This document shows positions 23,401 to 36,200 of a stretch of 64,000 nt of DNA, piece by piece. Origin of the DNA: Lama guanicoe (lineage: Eukaryota); NCBI GenBank assembly GCA_013239625.1, contig MU053934.1:9507352-9571351 (forward strand), in the 5' to 3' direction. The translations under genes were made by a program, and so were the position numbers. How positions within the stretch are numbered: position 1 is the stretch's first letter; every line of letters begins with the position of its first letter. The notes under the pieces are model-generated. The model searched no databases. It saw nothing but the letters and a program-made list of their open reading frames with translations, and had not been told where the DNA came from.

Positions 23401-24455
23401 CTCACACTCATCCTGCTTGCTTTCATTAGATTAAATGCATCTGTTTACTAAGTCCTCGGAATGCTTTGGATACCGAAAATCTTAAAACTACTGAATGTTG
23501 CTAGGCTGAAAAAAGGGAAACTAAACTGAACTGCCCCGGCCTCATGAGGCTGGACTGCGGCCGAAGACGGAGCCGGGGCATAGCAGGAAGTGGCCAGCCA
23601 CATTCCCATTAGGCAAATCTTGGAAGAAATCAGGAAAAAATAACTGTATAAGACTGATACTATAAACATCCTGGTATAGTGAGAGCCCTCCTTTTTCAAA
23701 TATCTGACCGCGGGCATGGTGCGGCCCGCGGGCACACACCAAGTTCTTCCTCCAGGAAACTTGTCCATCGTAATATTCTTCAACAGCATAAACTTCCCAG
23801 GAATCCTTTCTGTTTATGTGAGCACTTTTAAAAATATTATTTACTTTAAATAATAAAATATGGTAACGAGTTGAAAAAAGACCTTAGAAAACCTGAAACC
23901 TGAAAAATACCCAATGGAGTTGCCCACGTGCTATTATTTTCCTCGCATAAAGCAGAATTTGATTTCTGAATTTGCAACCAAATTATATGTAAATCCTTGC
24001 CAAGTATAGAGAGGATAAAAAAGAATGTGTGTTCTCGAGTATTATCCTGACTCACCCAATTTCTTGTTTTACCAAATAAAAATTGAGAGGAGGAGAAAGG
24101 CATTAAATTAACTGATTACTGTGTGTGAGAGCAAGAAAAAAAATCAGCTAATAAAAACGTTAGCAAGCTGGTATGATTTCAGGTGAAAATTACAAAGTTA
24201 ATATCCTGGCATTTAGTCATTGCCTTCAGTAATGATACAGTTGTCAAATTTGTATTTGTGCCAATGGAACAAAAGTTGTAAGTGGCATAATGGAAGATAA
24301 TCTCTTTTTATGTGTGGCTTTTTAAATTCAATGTTTTAATCCACCCATTTAATCACAAAACATATATCACATTAGTTATAATATTTATAGTGTTTAGGAA
24401 AGTGATTATAAATAGATTGTAGGTGTGGTTGTTGGATGTGTTGGTTGTGGTATTT

Positions 24456-24470
24456 GTGTGTGTGTGTGTG
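24456..24470. repeat. Short (TG)n microsatellite
   Basis: TGTGTGTGTGTGTGT within a GT-rich tract. Confidence 0.8.
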
Positions 24471-26019
24471 TTTGTGAACGTATCTCAAAGGTATGAAGCA
24501 TTCTAGAGTTCGCACTTGGGAATGTTTTATGTGAGAAAATTAACCATATATTTATTTTCAAAAATCCCCTTTTGGTCGTTACCGAGCTTGCTTATTATTT
24601 TGAAAAAAACAAGATTTGGTATTAAAAGTTCCTGGTACTTACAGAGTTTAGATTTCTGCCTTCAGCCCAGTCTCTACAGCATTTTTGTTGTTCTAGAGTC
24701 CCCAGGGCTGCTAAACCACAAAATGTCTTTAATATGTTTTTTATAAAGTAGTTGAACCATACCGTAAGAGGGGGAAGGGGGTACTTATCATGGCAGTTAG
24801 CGGTTGGGCCCTTCCTTGGTGTGGCCGGAGCAGGAGTGGGTGACAGCAGTATCTCTGGGGCTTTTGGAGACTGCCCTGCACATACTCATCTCGTGGGAAC
24901 GTTTTCTCTTACTCCACACGTCCTAGTCAGGTCTGGGAATTGTAATAGTGAAGAAAATGATAAAGGACTGTGCTAGACCAGAGAGGCTGTTTTTCCCTGC
25001 GGGATTGTTAGAACGTGGGTGCTGCGTTCCCGAGTCTCAGGCTGCTGAGAACGTCCTTTTCTGAGGAAAGAAGAGGTGGACCCCCTTAGTCCTTGAAGCT
25101 GGGAGGGCCACCCTGGACCTTCCTCAAGGAAAGAGTGAAATCCACCCCACTGTGAAATCACCCCTGCTTGGGCTATCTCTGCTTGGTGTCCGCAGCTGTG
25201 GAAAGTGAAAGTTGGCCAGGATTTCAGTGAAAAGATTAACTGGAAAACGTGTCTATTCCACTTTCCAAAACTGAATTTTCTCATAAGAGAGAAAAAAAAG
25301 CTATCCCTAGAAAGAAGAGACCATGGTAAAATTCTAACCTACAGGGAAGTCGTTTTGGAAGAGTTCTTAATTGATCCTGGTTTTTCTTCCTTCCTTCCCC
25401 TCCAAGTCGTGTATGTCATACAGTGGTGGCAGTTACGTGTGTGTCTAGCACGATTCAAGGCCAAGGTCATGGGGGTCTAGGGAGTCTGCAAGGTGGGTGA
25501 GTGGGCCTCAGAGGCCCCAGCTGAGCTGCTCCAGCTGCCCCAGCCCAGCCTTGCCCCTGTGCCCAGGGCCCCCTGCCTGGGCAGTCCAATCCAATGTGGA
25601 ATGGAGTTTCCTGGGAAGCAGGGCACACGAGGAACTTTTGAATTTACCAATGGCATAAAAAGTATATATATTTTTATGACAACGGGCAAGTTTCAATTGG
25701 TTGACAGAAATGGCGAGATGTGACGTCAAGGGACACTGGTTAGAATGCCAAGGCCGGCTTGTGTGTGGGGGGGTAGACAGGCACAGAGAGACACTGGGAT
25801 GGGGCCCAGGAGGCCTCATTTCTCTCGGGCCCCTGACGCGGGCATCCGGGGACAACGAGGTCCATCTGGCTCTGAGCAAGGGCATGCCCAGGCAGGGGGA
25901 TGGGGTCCCAGCAGAGTGACCCCATATCGGCGTCCCCAAGCGCCAGAAATCACTCAGGCGCTCCTGCCAAACAGGCAGAAAAAGCAGCTGCGGCCTTCTT
26001 GTCATTCTAACCAGTGTCC

Positions 26020-28345
26020 AGACTCTGGAGCCCGGCTGGTCGCGACCGCTGGAGAGGGCGCGGGAAGGAACCGCGCGACCGAGGGGCAGCAGTGTAGTCG
26101 TCCGGCTCCAAGACAGCAAAGCTGCGGCCTAGAACTTCTCCCCGCAGCTCCTGCGCCCTGGGCCGGTGTAGCAGGAAGTTGTTTCTGCGGTGAAGGAAGG
26201 GAGCGCGGTTGGAGCTGGGCAGCGGCTCCGGGCACAATGCCCCCGCCCATCCCACGCCTCCCCGGGCACCGTAAGGGCCTCCTCTCCGCCAGGCACCTTG
26301 CACCCCCCTATCTCTGGGCACAGTGCGCTGCCCCTTCTACTTCACCAGATCCCCTACACCACGCCACCGACGCTATTGGGCACCGCGCCTCTCCCGCAGC
26401 TGGGCGAACAGTGTCGGACGAGCAGCCGCGGGTTCCTCCTGGTGCGCGCCTTGCCCCGGGGGAAGCTTCCTGCCACCATCGACCCTAAGCCCTGTCCCGG
26501 AGCCTCGTCTTGCGCTCCACAGTGAACACCAGCCTTGCGGAGATGAGCCCGCCGACCTGCCCGCAGTCCGCGGCGCGCACGGTGCTGCGGCCAGGCCGGG
26601 GACCGTCGGTCCGCCCGGGGTCCCCAAGCCGGGCCCGAACGTGCGCGCGCGCGCCCCGCTGCCCGCAATCATGGCAGCCGTCGCCTCGGAGCCCCGCCGC
26701 CGAGCGCGCTCCGGCAGTCGCCTCGGTGCCAGGGCGGCGGGGGCGGGCCAGGGCCGGGGCGTGCGGACCCCAAGGCGAGAAGCAGAAGGCGGACGAGTCC
26801 CTGCGGCGCAGTGCCCCCTGCCCAGCGCGGGCAGGAGGGAGGGACCGCGCGGGCGGGGAGCGCCTGGGGNNNNNNNNNNNNNNNNNNNNNNNNNNNNNNN
26901 NNNNNNNNNNNNNNNNNNNNNNNNNNNNNNNNNNNNNNNNNNNNNNNNNNNNNNNNNNNNNNNNNNNNNNNNNNNNNNNNNNNNNNNNNNNNNNNNNNNN
27001 NNNNNNNNNNNNNNNNNNNNNNNNNNNNNNNNNNNNNNNNNNNNNNNNNNNNNNNNNNNNNNNNNNNNNNNCGCGCCGCCAGCCCCGCCCGCGCGGGCCG
27101 GCCCCAGGAGGAGGGTGCGGGGCGGAGGGGGGAGCCGGGGAGGGGCCGCGCCCGGTCCTCGCCCGCAGCGGGCACGGCCGGGGGCTCCGGGAGGCCTCGT
27201 TGGTATTCTGGGCACAGCCGAAGCCCTGACCTCCCCGCGGAACAGGGGCGCCCGGGAGCGCGGCACGGCCGCCGCCCCCGGGCGGTCTCCCCGGGCTGTG
27301 GGGCCGTAGGCGCCTTGCTCCCCCCACCCATCCCCTCCTCTCCAGGTCCCCCGTACCCCCTCCCCCGCCCTGATCCGGCGGCGAAGGGGTGGGCAGGGAA
27401 ACGCGCTCTCTGGGACAGGTGCCAACTCCGAGACAAAAGACATAAAATAGGCGGCAACGGGGGAAGCGCGGCCGGCGCGCTCGGGCGGGGACGGAGGCGC
27501 CGCGGGGGCCGCATCCTCGGTGCCGACCGGGGAAAGTTTGGGAAGTCGCCGCGGCGGCTTCGCAGCGGCGGGGGACACACGGGCCAGGCCGCCCTCCGCG
27601 CCGCGCTTGCCCTCTCCGCGCCGCTGCTGAATAATTCATGGCGCGGTCGCCGGCCATTAGCATGCACCGGGCGCGCGGCGCGTCTGTGCCCAGCTGCCGC
27701 CGCCGCCGCATTCGGCGCCCTGGCCGCGGTAGATGAGCGGCCGCGCGGAGGCCGGGCCCGCGCTGTCCCCGCGCTCGCCCTCCGGTCCGCCTGCCCGGAG
27801 GCTCCCATTGTGCCCCGGGCCCGCGCCGCTCGGCCGTCCTGTGACTGCCCGCACCCCGCAGCGCGCCCGACGGCCGGGAGGGCGCCCCCGGCCCGGCGCG
27901 CTTTCGTTTTCGTCCCGGACAAAGGTCCTTCGCGTTGCAGGTCACGGACGTGGAGACCGTGTACTGCGGGGTACTCTTCGGGGAAGTCCAGTTGTTCAAG
28001 ACAGGGAAGCCGGAGCCGGGAGGAGAGGAGCAGCGCGGTCCGATGCTCGGTGCGGGACCAGGGAAGTGGGGCCTGGCCGTGCGCTTCGCCCGCGCGGTCC
28101 CGGAGCTGTCCGGCCCTGTGAAGAGTTGCGGGAGATGGCATCGCTTTGCTCTCTGCCCTTCCGACGGGTGAAGGAGAGAATCATCCGGAACTCAGGACTC
28201 AGACCGAGGGCCTGTGCAGCCGTGGGCACGACAGCGCAGCGCTGGCCGCGTCCGGGCGGGCGCGTCCCTCCGGCAAGGGCAGAGCAGCCGACCAGCGCGC
28301 CAAAGCCTCGGTCGGGTTCAAGTCGACTCTTGGGGACGGTAAGTG
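26020..28345. promoter_or_regulatory. Large CpG island / candidate promoter 4 (interrupted by an assembly gap)
   Basis: Over 2 kb of very dense CpG, GC boxes and POU-type motifs at 27628-27663; donor ACG|GTAAGT at 28338/28339. Confidence 0.85.
26870..27071. other. Assembly gap (202 N)
   Basis: Run of N inside the most GC-rich island. Confidence 1.
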
Positions 28346-31014
28346 GATTTCTCACTTTCGCTACTTAGTGAATATTTAAATACTAATGAAGAGATTTCTA
28401 AGAAGACCCCTTCTGTAGGGCAGGCCTTCCACAGACGAGGGGACACGGGAAGGAGGTTGTTCTTGAACCTGAAGCCGCACCAGCAGCTTGCAAGAACTCC
28501 AGGGCCGGCATGAAAATTCTGCAACTTGAAATTTGTGAAATACAGCTTCTGATCTCAGGTGTGCAGGCCGTTTGCCAGGGAGAATTATGTTGAACACGTA
28601 AAACGGCGTCCGCAGGCATCTTAAAAAGAACAGAAAGAAAAGAGCAAGCATCTGTTTTTAGATTAGATGTTTGGAAGGGTTATTTGGAAGCTACAGTCAT
28701 TTCTTGAAAAATTGAAATCTTTCATTCATTTCCTAAACCAGCAGCGACTTTTTTTTCCTGCTGGTCAGGCGTTCATGAAGAGCTGGCTTAGGGCGGCCCT
28801 GGGTCAGGCATTGGCCGGATGGGCCGGTGGAGTGAAAGGCCTGTGTGTGGAAGCTGGTGTTTATGGTGGCATAAAACGAAAAGCAACTCATAACTTTTCA
28901 TAATAAATCCCCCTTTATAGGTGGCTCACACACAGGCCCAGCCGGCAGCCCTGGGGAATTTGTGGGGAGCAGAGAGGGGCAGGGGGGAAGGAATGCACGT
29001 TTGCCATAATTACGGGGTTTTAAAGTAACACTGAAATTAATTTCTTCAAAGTTGGGCCTTAGAGGCCAGGGCAGTCTCTGTAGGCCAGCACCACTTTCGT
29101 TTTATTTTGGGTTGTCGATTCTAGCTATTGGGGATTTTTAAAATGCAGGTTTGTACTTGCATGTACCTATCCCCTTAAAATGAAACCCATAAGTCGGGGG
29201 GGAGGTTAAGCCCCCTTTTTAATATTACTGTATCGCAGGTGTGATTTCCCCTTTACTCACCTCCATCTGATTGATGTGGTTTGGATAACCTAGCTGGATG
29301 CTCTGACCACAAAATAATGGGGGGGCCCTGTTTCCAGACACCCCAGAGCTGTGAGCTGGCACTTGGAGGCCATGTTTCCGGGAACGTGGACAGAGGCCTG
29401 AGTGGCCCAGGCCTGCCTCACGCCTCCCTTTCCCTGGGCTGCCTGGTGTCTAGATCTGAGGGGAGAACCATTTCAATAAGGTCTTGCCCACCTGGCACCG
29501 AGGCTGAAAGTTTGCTTTGTACTGCAGAGCTGTCTTCGCCATCTTTTTCGCTAGGCCGTCATACGCCCCCAGTCCCCCGTTTTGAATTTGTATTTATGAC
29601 TTTTGTCAGAGGCAGTTGGCAGACATGAAACCTGGGGTGGGACATTCAGGAGTGATCTTAGAAACCGGGGGGCGCAGCTGCCAAGGCGTGCCACTCCAGC
29701 CTGGAGCCGCTGTTTGCCTGGCGTTGGCGGTGATGGGTTTCCTAATTATAAAAATGCCCAAGTTCCATCAAGCCTTGTCTGTAAAATGCGGGAGACACCT
29801 TCCCAGGTCCACAGATGACCTGTAGCATGCTGCATGGGGCGCAGGGTGGTGTGGCATTATCCTTGGGCTGTTGGGTAACCCCCGGGATTAAAACAGACCC
29901 TGAAACAAGGGGCATCAGTTGCTCCCTCTCCACAGGCCTATGGGCCAGACACTGGGAGCAGGGAAGGGCCTGAGCATCTGAGGAAGCCCCCCTAGGGCCA
30001 CCTGGAGGGGGGTGCTAGTCATCAAAGCTCTGGAGGCCCACCTCCTGCCCCAAGGGTGCCCCTGGCACAGGGGACATGATAGGGCTGAGAGTCCATGGCA
30101 GACAGTGGGCCCTGCCCACAGGCAGAGGCCCTGCCTTTGTCCTTGTCCTTAGAGCCAGCCCATTTCCACTGGAGACTCCCCATGGAGACTCGGGTCCTAC
30201 TAGGGTTGTCTTCCTGCATTGGGATGTCTCATCTGGGCAAAATTTATTTTTGAGGACACGCACATGAGAGACGAGGTTCTGAAAATGAAACTGGCACCTG
30301 TCTGTTTTTTATCACTCTGGATTTAATAGGAAGAATGTGTTAAGTGGGGGCCAGGGCCTTATGGACCGTGGCGGGCTGGCGGGAGGATGGCCCTGGTGTT
30401 CCTGTTTTCTGTTTTAAACCAGAACCAACCCCAGGGAGGGCCCTGGCCTGTACTGAGGCTTCACCATGCCCACCCTCTGGCCACTGGAGGCCCCAGGTCC
30501 CAGCCTCGGCGTCTCCGGGATGCTGGGGAGGCCAGCAGCTCAGCGCAGGCCGTCTGTGGTGATGAGGCCCCCACCGTGCCCGGGTCTATATGCTGCCTGA
30601 ACACGTGCAGATGGCATTTTGCTTCGCTCAGAGGGAACAGCAGGGAGTTCTGCGGCCAGGTTCCCTTGAGTACCTGTGGTTTGCACCTCGCTGGGGCCGA
30701 TCTCACGGGCTTGCATCCTCAGATGGGCGCTGGGGCCTGCTTCACACTGGTGTGGCAGGCAGCCTGTGGGGCCAGGGGAGGGGTAAAGGGCTTTGCCCAC
30801 CCTGACGGGCACCCTGCGTGGGTGGGTGCTCCTTGGTGTCCAGGGAAATGGACATGTGCCCCCAGGGAGGGGCAGTGCTCAGGAAGGAGAGGAGGCCCCA
30901 CAGGCCAGGCAGGCAGACATTTTAAAACCATCACACTTGGCTGATGTTGGGCTGGGAGGGTGTATTTGCATGTTTGGGGAGGATAGAGACTACCCTTGCA
31001 GAATTCCCATAAAG

Positions 31015-31240
31015 CCAGGGTGTCCTAGCTCACATCTGGCGGCTCCGATCCAGTCCCTGCCCCTAGCTTGCCATGTGGCCTTGGACAAGGCACATTACCT
31101 CCCTGGAGTGTACCCCAGGCTCTAGAGCAGGAATCATAATTCCGACCTCAGAGGGCCATTGGGAAGGTTCAGACGACGTTAATTCCACAAACCATGGTTC
31201 CTGGCACGTGGCGGGGACGCCGTAAATGGCTGTCACTGTA
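31015..31240 (+). mobile_element. MIR SINE (degenerate)
   Basis: TGTGGCCTTGGACAAGGCACATTACCTCCCTGG..CCTCAGAGGGCCATTGGGAAGGTT..CCTGGCAC. Confidence 0.55.
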
Positions 31241-34200
31241 ATTGTTTTTGTTGTAAATGGTAATCGCCATTTTTATTGCTAATTATTATTATATTTTAAA
31301 GTTTTTAAGAAACAGAGAGCCCAGTTTTGGTTTCACTAGACAGGACACCTGGGAGTTAACCTCCTCCTCCTTCCTCCACCCAGGTGGTAGCGAAAGTGAA
31401 CCTTGGTATTTTCAAGGCAGATTGTCAGGAGCTTGCAAAGCCTGGGCCTTCCTTGTCACTTGGCTGAGAAGCGCTGGGTCCCCTTGGGGTCCCAGGACAT
31501 GCTCATGGAGGAGAAACACCTTTTAGAAATGGGCCCTCCCCTAGAATGGCACTTGAGCTCACCTGGGTGCTGGCCCCTGGGAGTCTGACCAGGGAAAGAC
31601 CAGGGCTTGGGGGTCCAGAGTGGCCACGCCAGCCACGGTGTCCTTGTCCGCAACGCGGGTGGCAGTTTGGTGGGAGGAATTTTCACCACTCTGACAAGCT
31701 AATTGTTTTTTTGGCCCCATACAAGCGTGCGTTTACCAAAACGCTTGCTTTGGGAGAATTTTATCTCTTAGCTGATCATCCAGGAAGACTCAGCAAGATT
31801 GCCCTTTCTCAAAACATCTTGTTGGAACAAGAAAGAACCCCAGATGGCATTGGCCATGCCTTCTGATGTTATGGAGCCGAGGAGGGAGAAAAAGCAACAA
31901 TTGTCTCTGAGCAAAGACAATGGACCTTTTATATGAAATATTTATTTTCGGGGCCGACCAGTGTCCCGTTGGCTGGGACCGCAGATCACCAGTGTCTGGG
32001 CATCCCGGGCCCTGAGGACTCGGTCAGGGACGAGATTTACAGAAAAGGAAAAAAGAAAGTCCCCTGACCTGCGGTTCTTGGGAGATTTCGGTGGCAATGT
32101 CTGGCTTTCTTTATCGAGTGGAGTTTAAACTTTCGCGAGTTTATTTTTTCTTCCTCTGTGACTTCTTTTGAAGGGCCGCAGGGGCGTGTTGGCAAGCACC
32201 GTAAACGTAGCCGGGCTTCAGATCGTGGGTTGCGCGGGCCCCCCCTCCGGCCAGGCCCAGTCGGCCTTTGTCTGCTGGAGGGTCGCAGAATGGAGGTGAG
32301 GGAAACTGGGACTAAGAGGAAGGGTCTGTCCCCAGGGCGTCGAGGGGAAGCCACAAGAGCAAATTCAGATAGTATTTGTAGTTCTCTGGTGTCCTTTACT
32401 CCTCCCCAAAACCCCTTCTTCCGTGAACTTGGGTTTGGCCAGCAGGTTATCAGAGAATCTGGCCTGGCTTGGCAGTGCCTCACATAGGCCCTCAAACACC
32501 GACGTCCCCGGCTGGGCAAACTGGGCCCAGATTTCACGCTGGATGGACGTTTTCTGAACTGATAGAATGAGCAGAATTTTACTCCAAGGCCTCCTCGCTA
32601 GCCAGCTCCCTCTTCCCCGCTCTGCAGCTGCGGGCAGTGCCGGAGCTGCCGACCCCACGTCTTCCTCCTCCAGTCCCAGATGTGGCGCAGCCGGCAAGGC
32701 ACCCTGGGAAGCCAGGCCCGGATCCCAGGCTCACGCCAGGAACCCCGGGAGGAACTGATCAGGCTGGGCTTGCAATGGGAACATCAGGGAACCAGTCCCA
32801 GTGTTGGGGGAACGTTGGGAAGGCCGTGGTGGACAGTTGGCCCCAGACGCCCACCAATGTCTGGCTGGTGGAGGACAGAGGAGGGAGTGGCCCTGATCAG
32901 GGTGGGTGATAAGGGACCCCTCCCTGCCAAGCCTCCCCTTTATCCAAAAGACTTTTGGCAAATTGTAATACCTGACTTGCAAAGGTTTTGTTTTTAAAAT
33001 TGCTGTTGCATTGTTTTTTTTTTAATCCTGGAACCTCTTAGCTGTGGTCTGTTTCACCTTCTGCATTAACTGCCCCCCCAAATGCTATGAAGAGAGCCCT
33101 GCTTGCGGGGAGTGGGGTAACCATGACAGCCTCCGAGTCCACGCGTAGAATGAGTAAAATTGAAATGGAAAAGACCGAAATCTCACATCATGAGGCAGAA
33201 CTATCCTAAAACATAAGCTTTTATTTACTTTTTTTTTTTTTTTGGAGAGGGGTTTCAAAAGTAAAATGCCGCACAGTCTTACTGTGACATTTTGGATGGG
33301 AAACGTGTGTTTGAGTCCGGATTCAGGAGTCTTGCCTTTAGGGACAGCGGCTCAGAACCGCGTGGATGTATAAATCGAGCGCCTCAGCAAACGGAAGGGC
33401 TCACTGTTTAACCAGCGCCTGAGAGGTTTTCCGAGCAGTGGTGTTACCAGTAGAGGCGTTGGTTACTGTCGCCAAATGAGATTGGTAGTTGTGGTTGGAA
33501 AAGGTGTGCATGGGACGTACAAAGGAAGTGCCAAATTTTCTTTTCTTCCTTTTTTTTAGGAGTGACAGAATTTTCCCTTAAGATAAAAAAAGAGTGTTGT
33601 CCCGATGCTTTTGGTTTCTAACGCCAGGGCTGGGTTCTTCTGTGAATTGCCTTTCCTTAATTCTAAGATTGCAGATGGTAGGAAGAGCATTTAGCTGAAA
33701 TATTTACCTGCTGATTCCTGGCTCTTAAATCTAGATTCGCCTTTCATGTGTTTAAGAGCGATATTTACATTCAAATCAGCCTTTTATAATTACATTTTAA
33801 ATTATAATGAAATGATGGGGCCGGGATTCAGTCTTCCATGGGTTTAAACAGTAAGACACCAGCCTAGTCTAGGCTCCCGAGCAGGCATGAGCAGGCATCC
33901 GACATGCAGATACTGGCCTGCAGGGCCCCTTGGGTGTCCTGAGCATGCCAGGGTCCGTGCGTGTTACCTGCAGGGCCCTCCCTGCCCTGCCTGGAGGAGA
34001 AGGGCTCGTGGATGGAGATTCTGGCCCCGGCACAGTGGCGATGCTGCCGAACATGACAGGACACCGTTCATTCTATCTGAGAAGGGCCTGGTTGAGGCCT
34101 GGCTGCCCCGCCGCCCTGGCTGATGTGTTGTATCCCCAGCCCCACGCCCGCCCTCAGGCTGGGGGTGGAGGGCACTCTCTCCTGGGCAGCCAGCTGGGCA

Positions 34201-35379
34201 CAGCAGCGGCCACTTCTGGTGGTGATGATACTGGGGGGGCATGCCCACCTCCTCCTGCAGCTGTAACTCAGCTTCTGCCTCATCTCCCCTGTCAGGGTGG
34301 CCCCCAAATGGCTCCGCAGTTTTCAGTGGCTTCCCCTACAGAGCATGGGGGACCCTCTCCTCCCGGGGCCGGGCTGTTGGCAGCTGGGCCAAGCTGTTCC
34401 TGGAATTGAATTCCCGGTGTTCCTGGTCGGGCGCGTGGCATCGGAATCCTACCTGCTTTGTCTCTGGCATCAGCTGGAGAGCTAGTCACATGGCCGTGTG
34501 CGTGAGACCAGAGCCGAGGACAGAGGGCTCCTCCCGGGTGCTTCCTTCCCGCTCACTCACTCCCCCCGCCCCCTTCGCTTTGGTCATGGCGGTCTCTGAG
34601 CAGGCATAAAGCAGTATTCAAGTAAAACGTGCTCCAGGCAGTGGGGGAGCTCCCATCCATGGATGCGGAGGTGTCCAGGTACCCCAATACCTCCAATCAT
34701 TACAGACAGGAAGGACCATGAGCCGGGGCCCGTGTGTGAACTCTGGCCGTGGTGGCCCAGCCTTGGTCACTCCACGCCATCTCTTCTACTCCCAGAGCTG
34801 GCCCTGCCTGCCCGGGGGCCCTGCCCACATTCACACCCTTGTGGCTCACCCTGCACAGGTCAGTGGTCATCGCCTCAGCTCCTGGCCACAGAAAACGCCG
34901 AAGGAAAGACCTGGGCAAACAGGTTGGCCGTGTGGCCGTGGCTCAGTGCCCTCAGGAAAAGGCCGGGAGTCTGATAAATCTCCAACTAAAAATGCCCACG
35001 TTGAACCTCAAGGCCACTGACCCAGGTCAGAGGGCTGGAGCTCCCGTCCAGCACAGGTCACCGTTCCTCCCCGTGGTGGGGATTTGCCATGGTGAAACTG
35101 GTGGATCTGTGATGACTGGAAGGGGTGTGGTGACCTGCCTGGAGCCTGAACTGAAGTCCTTGCCACGGCCTGGCTGTGTGCATTTTTCATTGTGTCATCA
35201 CAGCAGCCCCAAGCGGTAGGAGCCGTGATCCCTATGGATGGGGAAACTGTAGACAGATGGGGAAACTGAGGCTGGGTTGGGTGGCGTGGCTTGCTGAGGG
35301 TTGGGTGGCTGGTCAGACACAGGGCTGGGTTCCAAGGGGCGGCCCGGCTCTCAGCCTGAATGGTACGGCCTCCTGAGGT

Positions 35380-36200
35380 GTCGGCTAGAGTGGGCTTGCG
35401 CTGGGGGCCGGGACCAGTGAGGTGGGGGCCCTCGGCCCTGGGGTGCTGGCCGCTGCCTGCCCCTCGGGCGGGCGCAGCGTGGGAACAATGTGGCCTCTAT
35501 CCCGGGAGCAGCCCGGCCAGGCAGGCCGCCCGCAACATGGCGCCCAGGGCCGCGCCGCCTGTCCACGGGGAGGGCTGGCGCCTGGGCCCGGCCCGGCTCC
35601 CGGCGTCCTCCTCGGGCTGGCCGCTGAGTGGCCAGACGCTCCTGCTGCCTCGTCCCTCCCACTCGGCCGCCCCCCTCCCCGGTGGTGGGTTTGGGGGTCC
35701 GGCCCACCCGCCTCTGCCACGTCTGCCATCCTCCCGGCACCCATGAGCATCTTTCAAAAATTCCCGGTGGGCGGGGCCGAGCCGCAGCGGCCGCCTCTGG
35801 CCCCCCCTCCCCGGGCAGCCAGTGCCAGATGAGAGCAGGAGACAAAAGTAGCATTTTCCTCGTCCTCCTGGGCTGGCAGCAGGGCCTCCCCAGCGCCACT
35901 TGGCTCCTGGCAGCCCTGCCTCCGGGTACCGGGGTGGCCGAGGCCCAGGCCGCGCCGGCCAGGACCCAGGGACTGGCGGCCGGTGGTGGCCACAGATCAG
36001 GCGCCCGAGGGCCTGTCGGACGGGGGCTGGCACCTGGGGACGGCCTGCTGGCCAGCGGGACCTGCCCTCCTCTGCTTGCGCCGGTGACCAGCCGGGCGAG
36101 GGACCCGGTTTTCACTGCCTTGCTTTTGCGGAGCTCCCCATCCTCCTGCGCCCGGGGTAAGTCTCCTTCTTCCCGTCTCTCATGCTGGAGACGAGCCGGG
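35380..36200. promoter_or_regulatory. CpG island / candidate promoter 5
   Basis: Dense CpG; GC box GGGCGGGG near 35769; YY1-like AACATGGCG 35534-35542; donor GGG|GTAAGT at 36156/36157. Confidence 0.75.

Noticed and set aside
26323..28141. Long ORFs (328-504 aa) in multiple frames
   Set aside because: They overlap on both strands, are low-complexity R/G/P/A, span the N gap and show no domain. Stop codons are simply rare in a CpG island.
33365..33560. TATAAA near 33369 and strong acceptor at 33559
   Set aside because: Isolated signals with no clear partner donor or initiator; not enough to call a promoter or exon.
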